From a virus (lineage: Duplodnaviria > Caudoviricetes): a stretch of 34,012 nucleotides of DNA. Shown here in pieces: positions 9,490 through 16,679 of this stretch. The stretch spans positions 1 through 34,012 of IMG/VR virus record IMGVR_UViG_3300037424_000300, one strand, 5' to 3'. How positions within the stretch are numbered: position 1 is the first letter of the stretch; each line of letters opens with the position of its first letter. A program made the translations under genes and the position numbers. The notes beneath the pieces were generated by a model. That model saw nothing but the letters and a program-made list of their open reading frames with translations, had not been told where the DNA came from and did not search any database.

Positions 9490-9657
9490 CTATGTGGTTG
9501 GTGCGGTTTCGGCCACTTCCGGCGCGGCCTCGATCAGATTGACGATGTGTGCGGCGCCGCGGGCGGTGCTGAGGCCGCCCTTCTGCACACCCAGGTCGAT
9601 AAGCTGGATGAGGGCTTGAAGCTCCCCTTCCGTGAATGTGATGGTCTTGCTTGCCAT
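9490..9657 (-). CDS. Small hypothetical protein (55 aa), possible fibre chaperone
   Basis: Not in ORF track; MASKTITFTEGELQALIQLIDLGVQKGGL...; TAATG-coupled to the fibre gene and fills the gap before terS. Confidence 0.7.
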   Translation of the reverse strand: MASKTITFTEGELQALIQLIDLGVQKGGLSTARGAAHIVNLIEAAPEVAETAPTT

Positions 9658-10832
9658 TATGCCTCGGTGCGGTTGGTGTTGGCGTTGGTGGCCATGAGGT
9701 AATAGACGGTGCCATCTTCACTTACGAAGCGCAGGCTATGCGTCATGCCTTGCGTGGTGTGCGCGCACAGCAGGCCGGCCGTCTCACCGGCAACGTTCGG
9801 GACGCGCAGCAGGTTGCTGGACTTTTTGGCACCAGTGTTCGTGCAGCGCATGAACGCGAAGTTCGCCGGCACGGTTGCCTCGGTGGCAATGTCAGTGTCG
9901 GCCTGGATAACGGCGCAGGTGCCGCCGATGTTGGTCGATGCGGCAGCAATGCCAAACGTCGCGCGCAGGGCGTTGGCGGCGCCAGACACAGCGGCGTCAG
10001 CGCCAGCCGTGCCGAGGGAGATGTGAGCGCCGTTCACAGTGCCGCCGGTGGCGACGGTCTTGTTGTTGATAACGCCGAACGCGCGCATAGCCTCACCAGC
10101 ACCGCCGGTGCCGCTGAAGGTCAAGTTGGCATAGATCGCGCGCATGTCGCCGGTGGTGTGCGTGGCGTCGAGATACAGCTCGATGGCGTTGCCAGCGGTA
10201 GCGCCAAGAGCGGCCCGCGCACCGGAAGCGCCAGAACCGGCCAGCAGCGCCGCCGTGGCTGTTCCAAGAGCAAGCTGTTCATCAGCCTGGATGCCAGCGA
10301 AGCCAGAAGCGCCCAGATGCAGGATGTCGGACGTGTCAACTTTGAGAGCTGCCGTGGATGTGCCGGCCGCCAGCTTCATGTTGAAGGCGACGTTGTTGTT
10401 CACCACGGGGGCGGCGCTGAAGGTTTGGATCGCGCTGAAAGTCTGCGCCGTTCCCAGCCCTGCCAGAGTATCGGTGACGGCGGGGAACGTCAGCGTGTAA
10501 TTGCTGGCGCCAGTGTTCGCGCTGGTGAACGTTGTCGCGCCGGTTGACGAGCCAAGCAGCTTGATGTCGCTGTTCGTGAACGTCTGCACGGCGGTCCAGG
10601 TTTGAGCAACGCCGAGACCGGCAAGCGTCGCATCCACGCCGGGGAACGTGATCGTCGTGGCGTCCGTGCCGGAGATGGTGACGCTACCGTTGATGGCAGG
10701 GGCCTTGTCCGCCTCAATGGTGAGCCTGTAAAGGTCCGTGAAATTGGTGTTGCACTTCACAAGCGCGGCGCGCAGCGTGTCGCCGGTTCCGTCATTCGCC
10801 GCCGTGCCTACGCCGATAGTTTCCCGTGCCAT
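9657..10832 (-). CDS. Virion fibre protein with T4 gp9/gp10-like N-terminal motif
   Basis: MARETIGVGTAANDGTGDTLRAALVKCNTNFTDLY N-terminus; internal T.TFP....TLAGLG.AQT..A.QTF duplication; G/A/T-rich. Confidence 0.7.
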   Translation of the reverse strand: MARETIGVGTAANDGTGDTLRAALVKCNTNFTDLYRLTIEADKAPAINGSVTISGTDATTITFPGVDATLAGLGVAQTWTAVQTFTNSDIKLLGSSTGATTFTSANTGASNYTLTFPAVTDTLAGLGTAQTFSAIQTFSAAPVVNNNVAFNMKLAAGTSTAALKVDTSDILHLGASGFAGIQADEQLALGTATAALLAGSGASGARAALGATAGNAIELYLDATHTTGDMRAIYANLTFSGTGGAGEAMRAFGVINNKTVATGGTVNGAHISLGTAGADAAVSGAANALRATFGIAAASTNIGGTCAVIQADTDIATEATVPANFAFMRCTNTGAKKSSNLLRVPNVAGETAGLLCAHTTQGMTHSLRFVSEDGTVYYLMATNANTNRTEA

Positions 10833-10836
10833 GATG

Positions 10837-11226
10837 TTAAGCCCTGTCCGTTGTGTAGGTTGAGCTGTCGGCCGTCAGCGCGCCAGCGTCAGCAGTGAAA
10901 AAAGCGCCATCGGCGGTGAGGTAGTTGTTGTCCGAAGAGATTGACGCCATGTCGGCGAGGACCGGGCCGCCGGGAACGAACAGGCTGTTCATGGCAGACC
11001 AGTTGTAAAAGCCGTGAGCCGTAGCAAGGGCCTGCATGGAACCGGAAATACCGGGAGGGGATTCCCCGAGCACGGAGCCATCAATCCAGGTCTTCAGAGC
11101 GCCGTTGAAATCGTTCACCGTGTGGCCGTTCGCCACGATGAGCGACAGCACGTCGCCATTCGGATCAAGATCGGTGCCGGTGACGTTCCGGGCTGACTGC
11201 TGCCTGGCGCCCTGGTTCGTAATCAT
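10837..11226 (-). CDS. Putative structural adaptor with C-terminal TAD repeats
   Basis: C-terminus LTADGAFFTADAGALTADSSTYTTDRA; ATG 11226 overlaps the o-spanin stop. Confidence 0.55.
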   Translation of the reverse strand: MITNQGARQQSARNVTGTDLDPNGDVLSLIVANGHTVNDFNGALKTWIDGSVLGESPPGISGSMQALATAHGFYNWSAMNSLFVPGGPVLADMASISSDNNYLTADGAFFTADAGALTADSSTYTTDRA

Positions 11227-11546
11227 CTGCACGCCTTTGCGCGGGCCGCGTTGTTGCGGCGAATTTCGTCGATTGTCAGGCGTGTGTCATCTGGAGACCA
11301 GCGCACCGGCTTGAGGCTGCGGCACACGGCCGGGTTGCTTGTCTTGCTGGCGTTGATCTCGACAGTTGGCATCGTCGCGGCACATCCGCATAAGCTGGCT
11401 GCGATCAGCAGGGGCAGGAATGACAGCAGCCGCCGCTTCGGTTGCCTCTTGGAGGCGAGCGCTTGTGTCTGCTTCGGCTGCACGGTTGGCCTCTTCGATT
11501 TTGAGCCGCCATTGCAGATCAAGGGCGACAAGTTTCGCGTGCTCAT
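11223..11546 (-). CDS. Outer-membrane spanin (Rz1-like lipoprotein); start uncertain
   Basis: KRRLLSFLPLLIAASLCGC lipobox signal; overlaps the i-spanin in another frame; Cys-containing C-terminus. Confidence 0.65.
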   Translation of the reverse strand: MSTRNLSPLICNGGSKSKRPTVQPKQTQALASKRQPKRRLLSFLPLLIAASLCGCAATMPTVEINASKTSNPAVCRSLKPVRWSPDDTRLTIDEIRRNNAARAKACR

Positions 11547-11664
11547 GCTGCACTCCGGCGAGGTAGATCAGCCCGGCGACGGACACCAGCAGCACGGCGC
11601 CGATGATGGCAAGCAGCGTGCGCGGGCCGATGGAGGGAATGAGCGAGCCGATGAGCCACATCAC
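11287..11664 (-). CDS. Inner-membrane spanin (Rz-like)
   Basis: N-terminal TM followed by an Ala/Glu-rich helix; directly after the endolysin. Confidence 0.7.
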   Translation of the reverse strand: MMWLIGSLIPSIGPRTLLAIIGAVLLVSVAGLIYLAGVQHEHAKLVALDLQWRLKIEEANRAAEADTSARLQEATEAAAAVIPAPADRSQLMRMCRDDANCRDQRQQDKQPGRVPQPQAGALVSR

Positions 11665-12371
11665 TTGCCATTCTTGGTGAGGTCACGCCAATGGGCGTAG
11701 GCGATGCATCCGAGCGCCACAACAACGATGATGGAGCCGATCAAGCCGAGCATCGGGGCGTAATGGGCCATGGTCTTGAACTCTCCGCCGATAGCGAGGG
11801 CCTGATCTGGCGACGTGGCGGCGATCTGGGGAACGGCGGAAACTACGGTTGTCGCGGCGGCGGCAGCAGTGCTGGCGGCAGCGGCTACACCAGCGGCAAC
11901 GGATTTTGTCGTGGTGGAGTTTTTCGCCTGGACAGGCCATCTGTACCCAAGAAGGCGCGCCTTCGGCATGCGCTTGATGCTCACCTCGTCTCCATGACCA
12001 GGATCGCCCTGGTTCCCGGCCAGCAGCAAGATGAAACCGTCTTCCTCGCCAGCGTAGAAACCAGTGTGGCCGGTGTATGCGCGCGGATCACCGCGAGAGA
12101 ACACCACGACGCAGCCAAGCCGGGGCTTGTCGAGCTTCTTGCCCCAGCGCAGCATATCGCGAGCGGATAATGTCTTGGGGCTGTGCTCACCAGCACGCTC
12201 CAGCATGGCGCAGACGAACCCGGCGCACCATGGCACGGACTCATCACGGATATCAGCGTGTCCGGCGTCCTTGTAGTAGGCCAGGATGGCCGGATTGTCG
12301 TGCTCGCCTGGCATCTCATGGGTGCCGATCTCAGCGCGAGCCAGCGTGAGCCATTTGGGTTCGGCAGCCAT
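11661..12371 (-). CDS. Endolysin, TIGR02594/NlpC-P60-like peptidase with hydrophobic C-terminus
   Basis: PKWL..AR.EIG..E..G...NP.I, DESVPWCAGFV (Cys), GCVVVFSRG, GHTGFY (His), LAGNQGD, LGYRWP. Confidence 0.88.
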   Translation of the reverse strand: MAAEPKWLTLARAEIGTHEMPGEHDNPAILAYYKDAGHADIRDESVPWCAGFVCAMLERAGEHSPKTLSARDMLRWGKKLDKPRLGCVVVFSRGDPRAYTGHTGFYAGEEDGFILLLAGNQGDPGHGDEVSIKRMPKARLLGYRWPVQAKNSTTTKSVAAGVAAAASTAAAAATTVVSAVPQIAATSPDQALAIGGEFKTMAHYAPMLGLIGSIIVVVALGCIAYAHWRDLTKNGK

Positions 12372-12415
12372 TCTAACCCCTTGATTTTGTTCCGTTACGG
12401 GATTGCTGGTAACGC

Positions 12416-12461
12416 AAAAACTGGCCCCGCCGGCCGGAGTTCCATCAAGCCGGCGGGGGCC
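12416..12461 (-). terminator. Intrinsic terminator in the late leader upstream of the endolysin
   Basis: Minus strand GGCCCCCGCCGGC-loop-GCCGGCGGGGCC then AGTTTTT. Confidence 0.7.
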
Positions 12462-12511
12462 TCGTCGCCATCAAGCGCCGATTTCGTCATTGACAGCCGT
12501 CACGTGAAAGC

Positions 12512-12528
12512 GTTAAGAAATCCTTAAC
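12512..12528. promoter_or_regulatory. Full CtrA-binding box (TTAA-N7-TTAAC on both strands)
   Basis: GTTAAGAAATCCTTAAC in non-coding DNA. Confidence 0.7.
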
Positions 12529-12595
12529 TCTGGTTTCTAACGTTTCCGGGAGCGGCTTACTGTTGTCTCCAGACGCAGTTATAACTCTACCTATT

Positions 12596-12623
12596 TTCAT
12601 ACCACGTTTTCCGGCAAAGTCAA
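12596..12623 (-). promoter_or_regulatory. Putative late promoter
   Basis: TTGACT-N16-TATGAA with extended TG, just downstream of the putative late regulator gene. Confidence 0.6.
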
Positions 12624-12654
12624 GACATTTTGCTTGCGACAATGTGCCGCAGAT

Positions 12655-13188
12655 CTAATCCTTTGATCCGTAAGAGTTTCTTTCGAAATGATCGCACAAT
12701 TTCGAGGTCACGGCCTGGATGATTTCCACGGCGTTAGCGTGCTGCTGCGATTTTCTAAGGTACGGATAATACTCCTGCCCCAGGTCGAGGGCTGACCGGC
12801 CGTGCTCATAGTTCACGCCCACCCAAGCCAGGGCCGGCCACCATACCGGGTCGAAGGAGTCGTGAATGCGCACGATGATGGCGACAGCGTGCATGCGATG
12901 CTCCAGACCGCGCATGTTGTTCGTGGACCGCGCGAGACGGATATCCCCTTGAGTCAGCTTCGGCATGAGACGCATCATGCGGAAAACCAGGGAGGCGTAA
13001 TACTGGGCGGCAGAGTACTGGCCTCCGTCGAGCTTACCGCCGCGCAGGAGCAGCTCAACCGGCGGAATTATCCGCTGCTGCTTCTCTCCGCTGGGGAAGC
13101 CGGCCGGGGTGTAAAGCTCGGTGATTTCGATTCCGCATCCGGCGTCACTGGCGCGGGCAGTGCGTTCTGATGTGATGGCGTGAGGCAT
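12655..13188 (-). CDS. Putative late transcription regulator/antiterminator (DUF6456-like)
   Basis: PVELLLRGGKLDGGQYSAAQYY motif and terminal LCDHF; last early gene before the lysis promoter (lambda Q position); AAGGA RBS before ATG 13188. Confidence 0.55.
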   Translation of the reverse strand: MPHAITSERTARASDAGCGIEITELYTPAGFPSGEKQQRIIPPVELLLRGGKLDGGQYSAAQYYASLVFRMMRLMPKLTQGDIRLARSTNNMRGLEHRMHAVAIIVRIHDSFDPVWWPALAWVGVNYEHGRSALDLGQEYYPYLRKSQQHANAVEIIQAVTSKLCDHFERNSYGSKD

Positions 13189-13264
13189 TGTCGTTTTCCT
13201 TATCGTGGCTTGCGACGTTGCCCCCACAGACGCGAAACAGGCGAGGGGGTTATTGGGGTAGCTC

Positions 13265-13846
13265 TCAGTTTTTCGTGGCTGTACGGCTTTCCTCTGCCGT
13301 CTCAGCAGCTATCAATACGCTCCAGGCCCATTCCCCCTCCTTGGCGATATACGCCTCGGCCTCGAAGTCCTTGTCGAACAGGCGCCATTTCCGGCGGTCG
13401 AGCAGGATGGTGGTCAGGCTGTTGGCGTATTCCCTGTTCCTGAAAAGCTGGGACGGCGGGGCGGCATCGTGCAGGACAAGCGCCCTGTCGATGATAATTC
13501 TCCAGTCGCCGGCCGTCATGTGCTGGGCGCGCCATTCCGGCGTGTCGGTTTCCCACGGGTTGGTGATGACCGTCCTGTCGCGCAGGCGCTGGAGGATGGC
13601 CTCTTCAGCCTTGGCCTTGGCCTTGGCGAGCCGGGCGGCCTCGCGGTCAAGCCGGGCCTGAAGCTCTGCGGCCTCGGTGTCGTCCCGAACCCGCTTCGCC
13701 TCGCGGAACTCCACGAAGTTGAAGGTCGTGGTCTCGATGCGGAGGGTGGCGTGCGGCGCGCGCGGCGCCGGGCGCTCCTTGACGGCGGTGCGGGGAGCAG
13801 TTACGGCTTTGAGTTTCGGCCGGCGCTTGGTGGTGACGATGGTCAT
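13265..13846 (-). CDS. Hypothetical protein (193 aa)
   Basis: ATGA-coupled to the DUF1064 gene; charged helical protein. Confidence 0.7.
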   Translation of the reverse strand: MTIVTTKRRPKLKAVTAPRTAVKERPAPRAPHATLRIETTTFNFVEFREAKRVRDDTEAAELQARLDREAARLAKAKAKAEEAILQRLRDRTVITNPWETDTPEWRAQHMTAGDWRIIIDRALVLHDAAPPSQLFRNREYANSLTTILLDRRKWRLFDKDFEAEAYIAKEGEWAWSVLIAAETAEESRTATKN

Positions 13847-14238
13847 GGGCGGATCTCCGTGATTTTGATGCCGTATTCGGCTTCGATGAGCTTTTTCTTC
13901 AGGCGGTAGAGCGGTGTGGTGTCGCCGCCCTTGGTGTCTTCGACGACCAACGCACCGTTGCGTTGGTAGGTGGCATCGGCTCGGTAGGTGAAAATCAGCT
14001 TTCCCTTGACGCAGTAGGGGATGGATGTCTGACGCTCCAGGTCAACAATCTCGCCGGCGCGCTCCAGAAGTTTGAGCTGGCCCCAGCGGCGGGCTTCGGC
14101 CTTGCTATCGAAGCGGATGCCGTCGATGACGACCGGCTCGTTGCGATACTTGGCCGGTTTTTTGGCCGGTTCCTCCGCCAGCGACGGGGCATTCGTCCCC
14201 ACTAGCCGCCGGTATTCGTCAACGCTCATGGTGTTCAT
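13843..14238 (-). CDS. DUF1064 family PD-(D/E)xK nuclease
   Basis: KYRNEPVVIDGIRFDSKAEARRW, YRADATY, VVEDTKG, YRLKKKL. Confidence 0.9.
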   Translation of the reverse strand: MNTMSVDEYRRLVGTNAPSLAEEPAKKPAKYRNEPVVIDGIRFDSKAEARRWGQLKLLERAGEIVDLERQTSIPYCVKGKLIFTYRADATYQRNGALVVEDTKGGDTTPLYRLKKKLIEAEYGIKITEIRP

Positions 14239-15209
14239 GCTGATGCACCTGCATAGGCTGGTGCGCGGCGCGCCGCGGCGATGAGGTTGTTCCGGTCCCG
14301 GAGGATCGGCAGGGGATCGCGGGCCGATCTGTCCAGCCCGCGCTTGATGGTGGCGGAGAAATCATTCTCGCCCTTGTCGGCGAGCAGGCCATTCAGCTCG
14401 GCGCCGGCGCGGAACGCGGAGACAACCGCGCTTCTGGGCAGGATGCCGTTGTGCACATACCGCCCGAGAGTGCAGATGGCCTGAAACAGTGCCCGGTTTC
14501 GCTGCTGGCCATCCTGCATGCCGGAGAACACCGCGGCCTGCTGATCGAGGATGCGATCGGCGTAGCGGAGCATCCGCAGCCGGTCGATGTCGCCAGGGCA
14601 GGCGGCGGGCGCCGGTTCCTGTATGGCGGCCGGAACCGGCTGGACGGCCAGCAGCGGCCCGAGAGCGGCGCGCAGGCTGGCGATCATCGTAAGCGTGATA
14701 ACCGGCAGGTCTGACGGCCGGCAGGTCTCCAGGTCGCCGTTCCTCCAGGTGTAGGGCCGTCCCGTGCCAGGGTGGATCGTAGGCGGGATGGTGGTCGCCC
14801 GCCCGGCTGCCAGGATTTCCACCAGGACGCGGCCTGCAGGGTGTCCGGGCTCCGCCGGGGTGTGCAGATTCTGGTTGGCGATCTGGCCGGATGGGTCGAA
14901 CATGAACGCGGTGGCGCCGCGCCGGCCAACCTTCGCCGGAAGGTGCAGGCGGCCGAACACCTCCCGAACCGCCGGGAAAGCCTCGCCGTCGTCCACGTCG
15001 ATGCCGATGAGGCCGCCGTAGCCGGTGCAGAGGCAGATGCCGGTATTCAGGCTGTCCGCGCTCCACTCCCCGATTTTGGGAAGCGGAATGGCCTCTCTCC
15101 CCCAGGCGCTCCATTTTTTGATAACCGGGTGCTTCAGGCCGGCGCGGATCGGCAGCGGGTTGTATCCGCGATCGGCGTAGCTTTCGGCGTGCTGTGCGTA
15201 GGAGGTCAT
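14235..15209 (-). CDS. Bifunctional DNA primase/polymerase (Prim-Pol, AEP superfamily)
   Basis: GYNPLPI..GLKHP, GICLCTG..LIGIDVD, IPPTIHPGTGRPYTW, C-terminal GQQRNRALF; ATG 15209 coupled to the initiator stop. Confidence 0.88.
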   Translation of the reverse strand: MTSYAQHAESYADRGYNPLPIRAGLKHPVIKKWSAWGREAIPLPKIGEWSADSLNTGICLCTGYGGLIGIDVDDGEAFPAVREVFGRLHLPAKVGRRGATAFMFDPSGQIANQNLHTPAEPGHPAGRVLVEILAAGRATTIPPTIHPGTGRPYTWRNGDLETCRPSDLPVITLTMIASLRAALGPLLAVQPVPAAIQEPAPAACPGDIDRLRMLRYADRILDQQAAVFSGMQDGQQRNRALFQAICTLGRYVHNGILPRSAVVSAFRAGAELNGLLADKGENDFSATIKRGLDRSARDPLPILRDRNNLIAAARRAPAYAGASA

Positions 15210-16156
15210 GCGAATGCCCCTTCCTGGTACGGTGCCCAATTTTCAGCCTCGATGCGCTGCCTTGCCCTTTCGGCGATGTCAGCCGGTATGTCCGACAGGC
15301 ATTTCCACCAGCGTTTCGCCGCGTCGATGATCGTGTTCCGGTGGATGCTCAGTGTGGCGGCCGTGAGCATCGTCTCGCTGGTCGCCCCGCCGCCGGCACT
15401 ATCCGACGTGTCGAAATCCTCCCAGGTGCGCTTGCTGAGGAACGTGTCCCCCTGCTGGATGAACCCGCGGCGGACGCTCTCCGTGCTCCGGTAGGCTGGT
15501 ATGGAGGCAATCGCCGCGGCCCGGTCTGATGCCTTGAGCTTGCCCCAAAGCTGCTTGGCTCGCGCCTTGCCCTTTTTCTGAGGGTATGCAGACCAGAACT
15601 CTTCGAATGAGGCTCCGTGTGCGTCTGGATTTCTGTTGGCCTGAAGAGGTGCTGGCTTTTTGGTATCTGCCGCCTTCCCTTTCTCCGTTTTTTTCAGCTC
15701 AGCCACATCAGGCGCAGCTCGCTGCGCAGAGTCTTGTTGATTCTTCCGGTTGATTCTTCCGGTTGTCTTTAGAGGGGTCTCACCAGTGAGACCCTCCCCC
15801 GTCTCATGGTGAGACCCTCCCCCGTCTCGTGGTGAGACCCTCCCCGTCTCATAGCCGTGAGACGGGGGGGTCTCACCATGAGACCCCACGAATATCAGGG
15901 TGTACTCGCTATTTGTCTGCCTTCCGCCGTCTGAAAATGTGGGCTCGCGCTTTATAAAGCCCTGCTCTTCCAGAGAAAATAGACACCTAAAGACGGTAGC
16001 GCGGGATATTTGCGCGTCATCCATCAGAACCTTCACGCTTGGGAAGCATTTTTCGTTTGATTTGTTGTGGTGGTCAGCGAGAGAAAGCAGAACCAATTTC
16101 TCAGCGTGAGTTTTGGTTTTGCATTTCCAGGCGATCCCAGAGGCAATGCTGCTCAT
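15206..16156 (-). CDS. Replication initiator (lambda O-like, N-terminal winged HTH)
   Basis: EKLVLLSLADH, CFPSVKVL, SRATVFRCL..LEEQGFI, RQTNSEY; C-terminal FEEFWSAYPQKKGK; internal iterons. Confidence 0.88.
   Translation of the reverse strand: MSSIASGIAWKCKTKTHAEKLVLLSLADHHNKSNEKCFPSVKVLMDDAQISRATVFRCLFSLEEQGFIKREPTFSDGGRQTNSEYTLIFVGSHGETPPSHGYETGRVSPRDGGGSHHETGEGLTGETPLKTTGRINRKNQQDSAQRAAPDVAELKKTEKGKAADTKKPAPLQANRNPDAHGASFEEFWSAYPQKKGKARAKQLWGKLKASDRAAAIASIPAYRSTESVRRGFIQQGDTFLSKRTWEDFDTSDSAGGGATSETMLTAATLSIHRNTIIDAAKRWWKCLSDIPADIAERARQRIEAENWAPYQEGAFA
15736..15761. repeat. Tandem 13-mer GTTGATTCTTCCG x2 next to the iterons (possible unwinding element)
   Basis: Exact direct repeat at 15736-15748 and 15749-15761. 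Confidence 0.6.
15775..15887. repeat. Five palindromic iterons GTCTC(A/G)-N3..6-TGAGAC; probable replication origin
   Basis: gtctcaccagtgagac, gtctcatggtgagac, gtctcgtggtgagac, gtctcatagccgtgagac, gtctcaccatgagac with C- or G-rich spacers, inside the initiator gene as in lambda ori. Confidence 0.85.
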
Positions 16157-16368
16157 GCCCGTCCCTCCACTTCGACGGTGGCCAGGTACGGGAGGTCTAC
16201 GGTGGTGATGGCTCCAAGATGGTCCACAGTGATAAGGCCTGCTGCCCCCTGGAGGTCATCGACGCCGCACCGGCGGGCGTATCCCATGGATAGGAACAGG
16301 GTTCCACCCTGCGGAATTTTTATCGGCAGGTAGTTGACAGTGGGGGTAGGGTATGCTACAGTCCTCAT
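16153..16368 (-). CDS. Small hypothetical protein (71 aa)
   Basis: MRTVAYPTP...; GGAAGG RBS; ATGA-coupled to the initiator. Confidence 0.55.
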   Translation of the reverse strand: MRTVAYPTPTVNYLPIKIPQGGTLFLSMGYARRCGVDDLQGAAGLITVDHLGAITTVDLPYLATVEVEGRA

Positions 16369-16399
16369 TGTGATTGATCCTTCCGTGATCAATTGCGTT

Positions 16400-16600
16400 G
16401 GTGTCGCCACGAAACCGCTTCGATGGCGAAAAGAGACGGGCGGAAACCCTTGAACAACTCCGCCCGGTACGCATACGGGTGACGCAAAACGCTCACTGCC
16501 TACAAACTCTGACATGCTTCGATCGACACCTTGAACCGGCTGGACGATCTTGAGGCCCGAAATTTAGAACGCTGGAGGCTGGACACCTCCGGCGCTTCTG
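16400..16600 (-). ncRNA. Putative structured leader/regulatory RNA upstream of the initiator operon
   Basis: Hairpins at about 16566-16599, 16437-16466 (followed by TCTCTTTT on minus) and 16404-16428. Confidence 0.45.
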
Positions 16601-16605
16601 TCGTT

Positions 16606-16634
16606 ACGCTATCACCGATTTTCGAATTTGTCAA
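16606..16634 (-). promoter_or_regulatory. Putative sigma70 promoter of the initiator operon
   Basis: TTGACA-N17-TAGCGT. Confidence 0.65.
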
Positions 16635-16679
16635 GTCCCTCTCCCGCAATGCGGAATGCGTTCCCGGATTGCGGAAATG

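Noticed and set aside
8837-9721. 294-aa TerS with long N-terminal extension
   Set aside because: A strong RBS at ATG 9478 and a separate coupled 55-aa ORF at 9490-9657 fit better
12183-12527. Plus-strand 114-aa ORF across the late leader
   Set aside because: Mostly antisense to the endolysin with no motif; the region is better explained as regulatory
15775-15887. Palindromic repeats as a mini-CRISPR array
   Set aside because: Spacers are only about 6-8 bp and non-unique, the array is in frame within the initiator, and no cas genes are present
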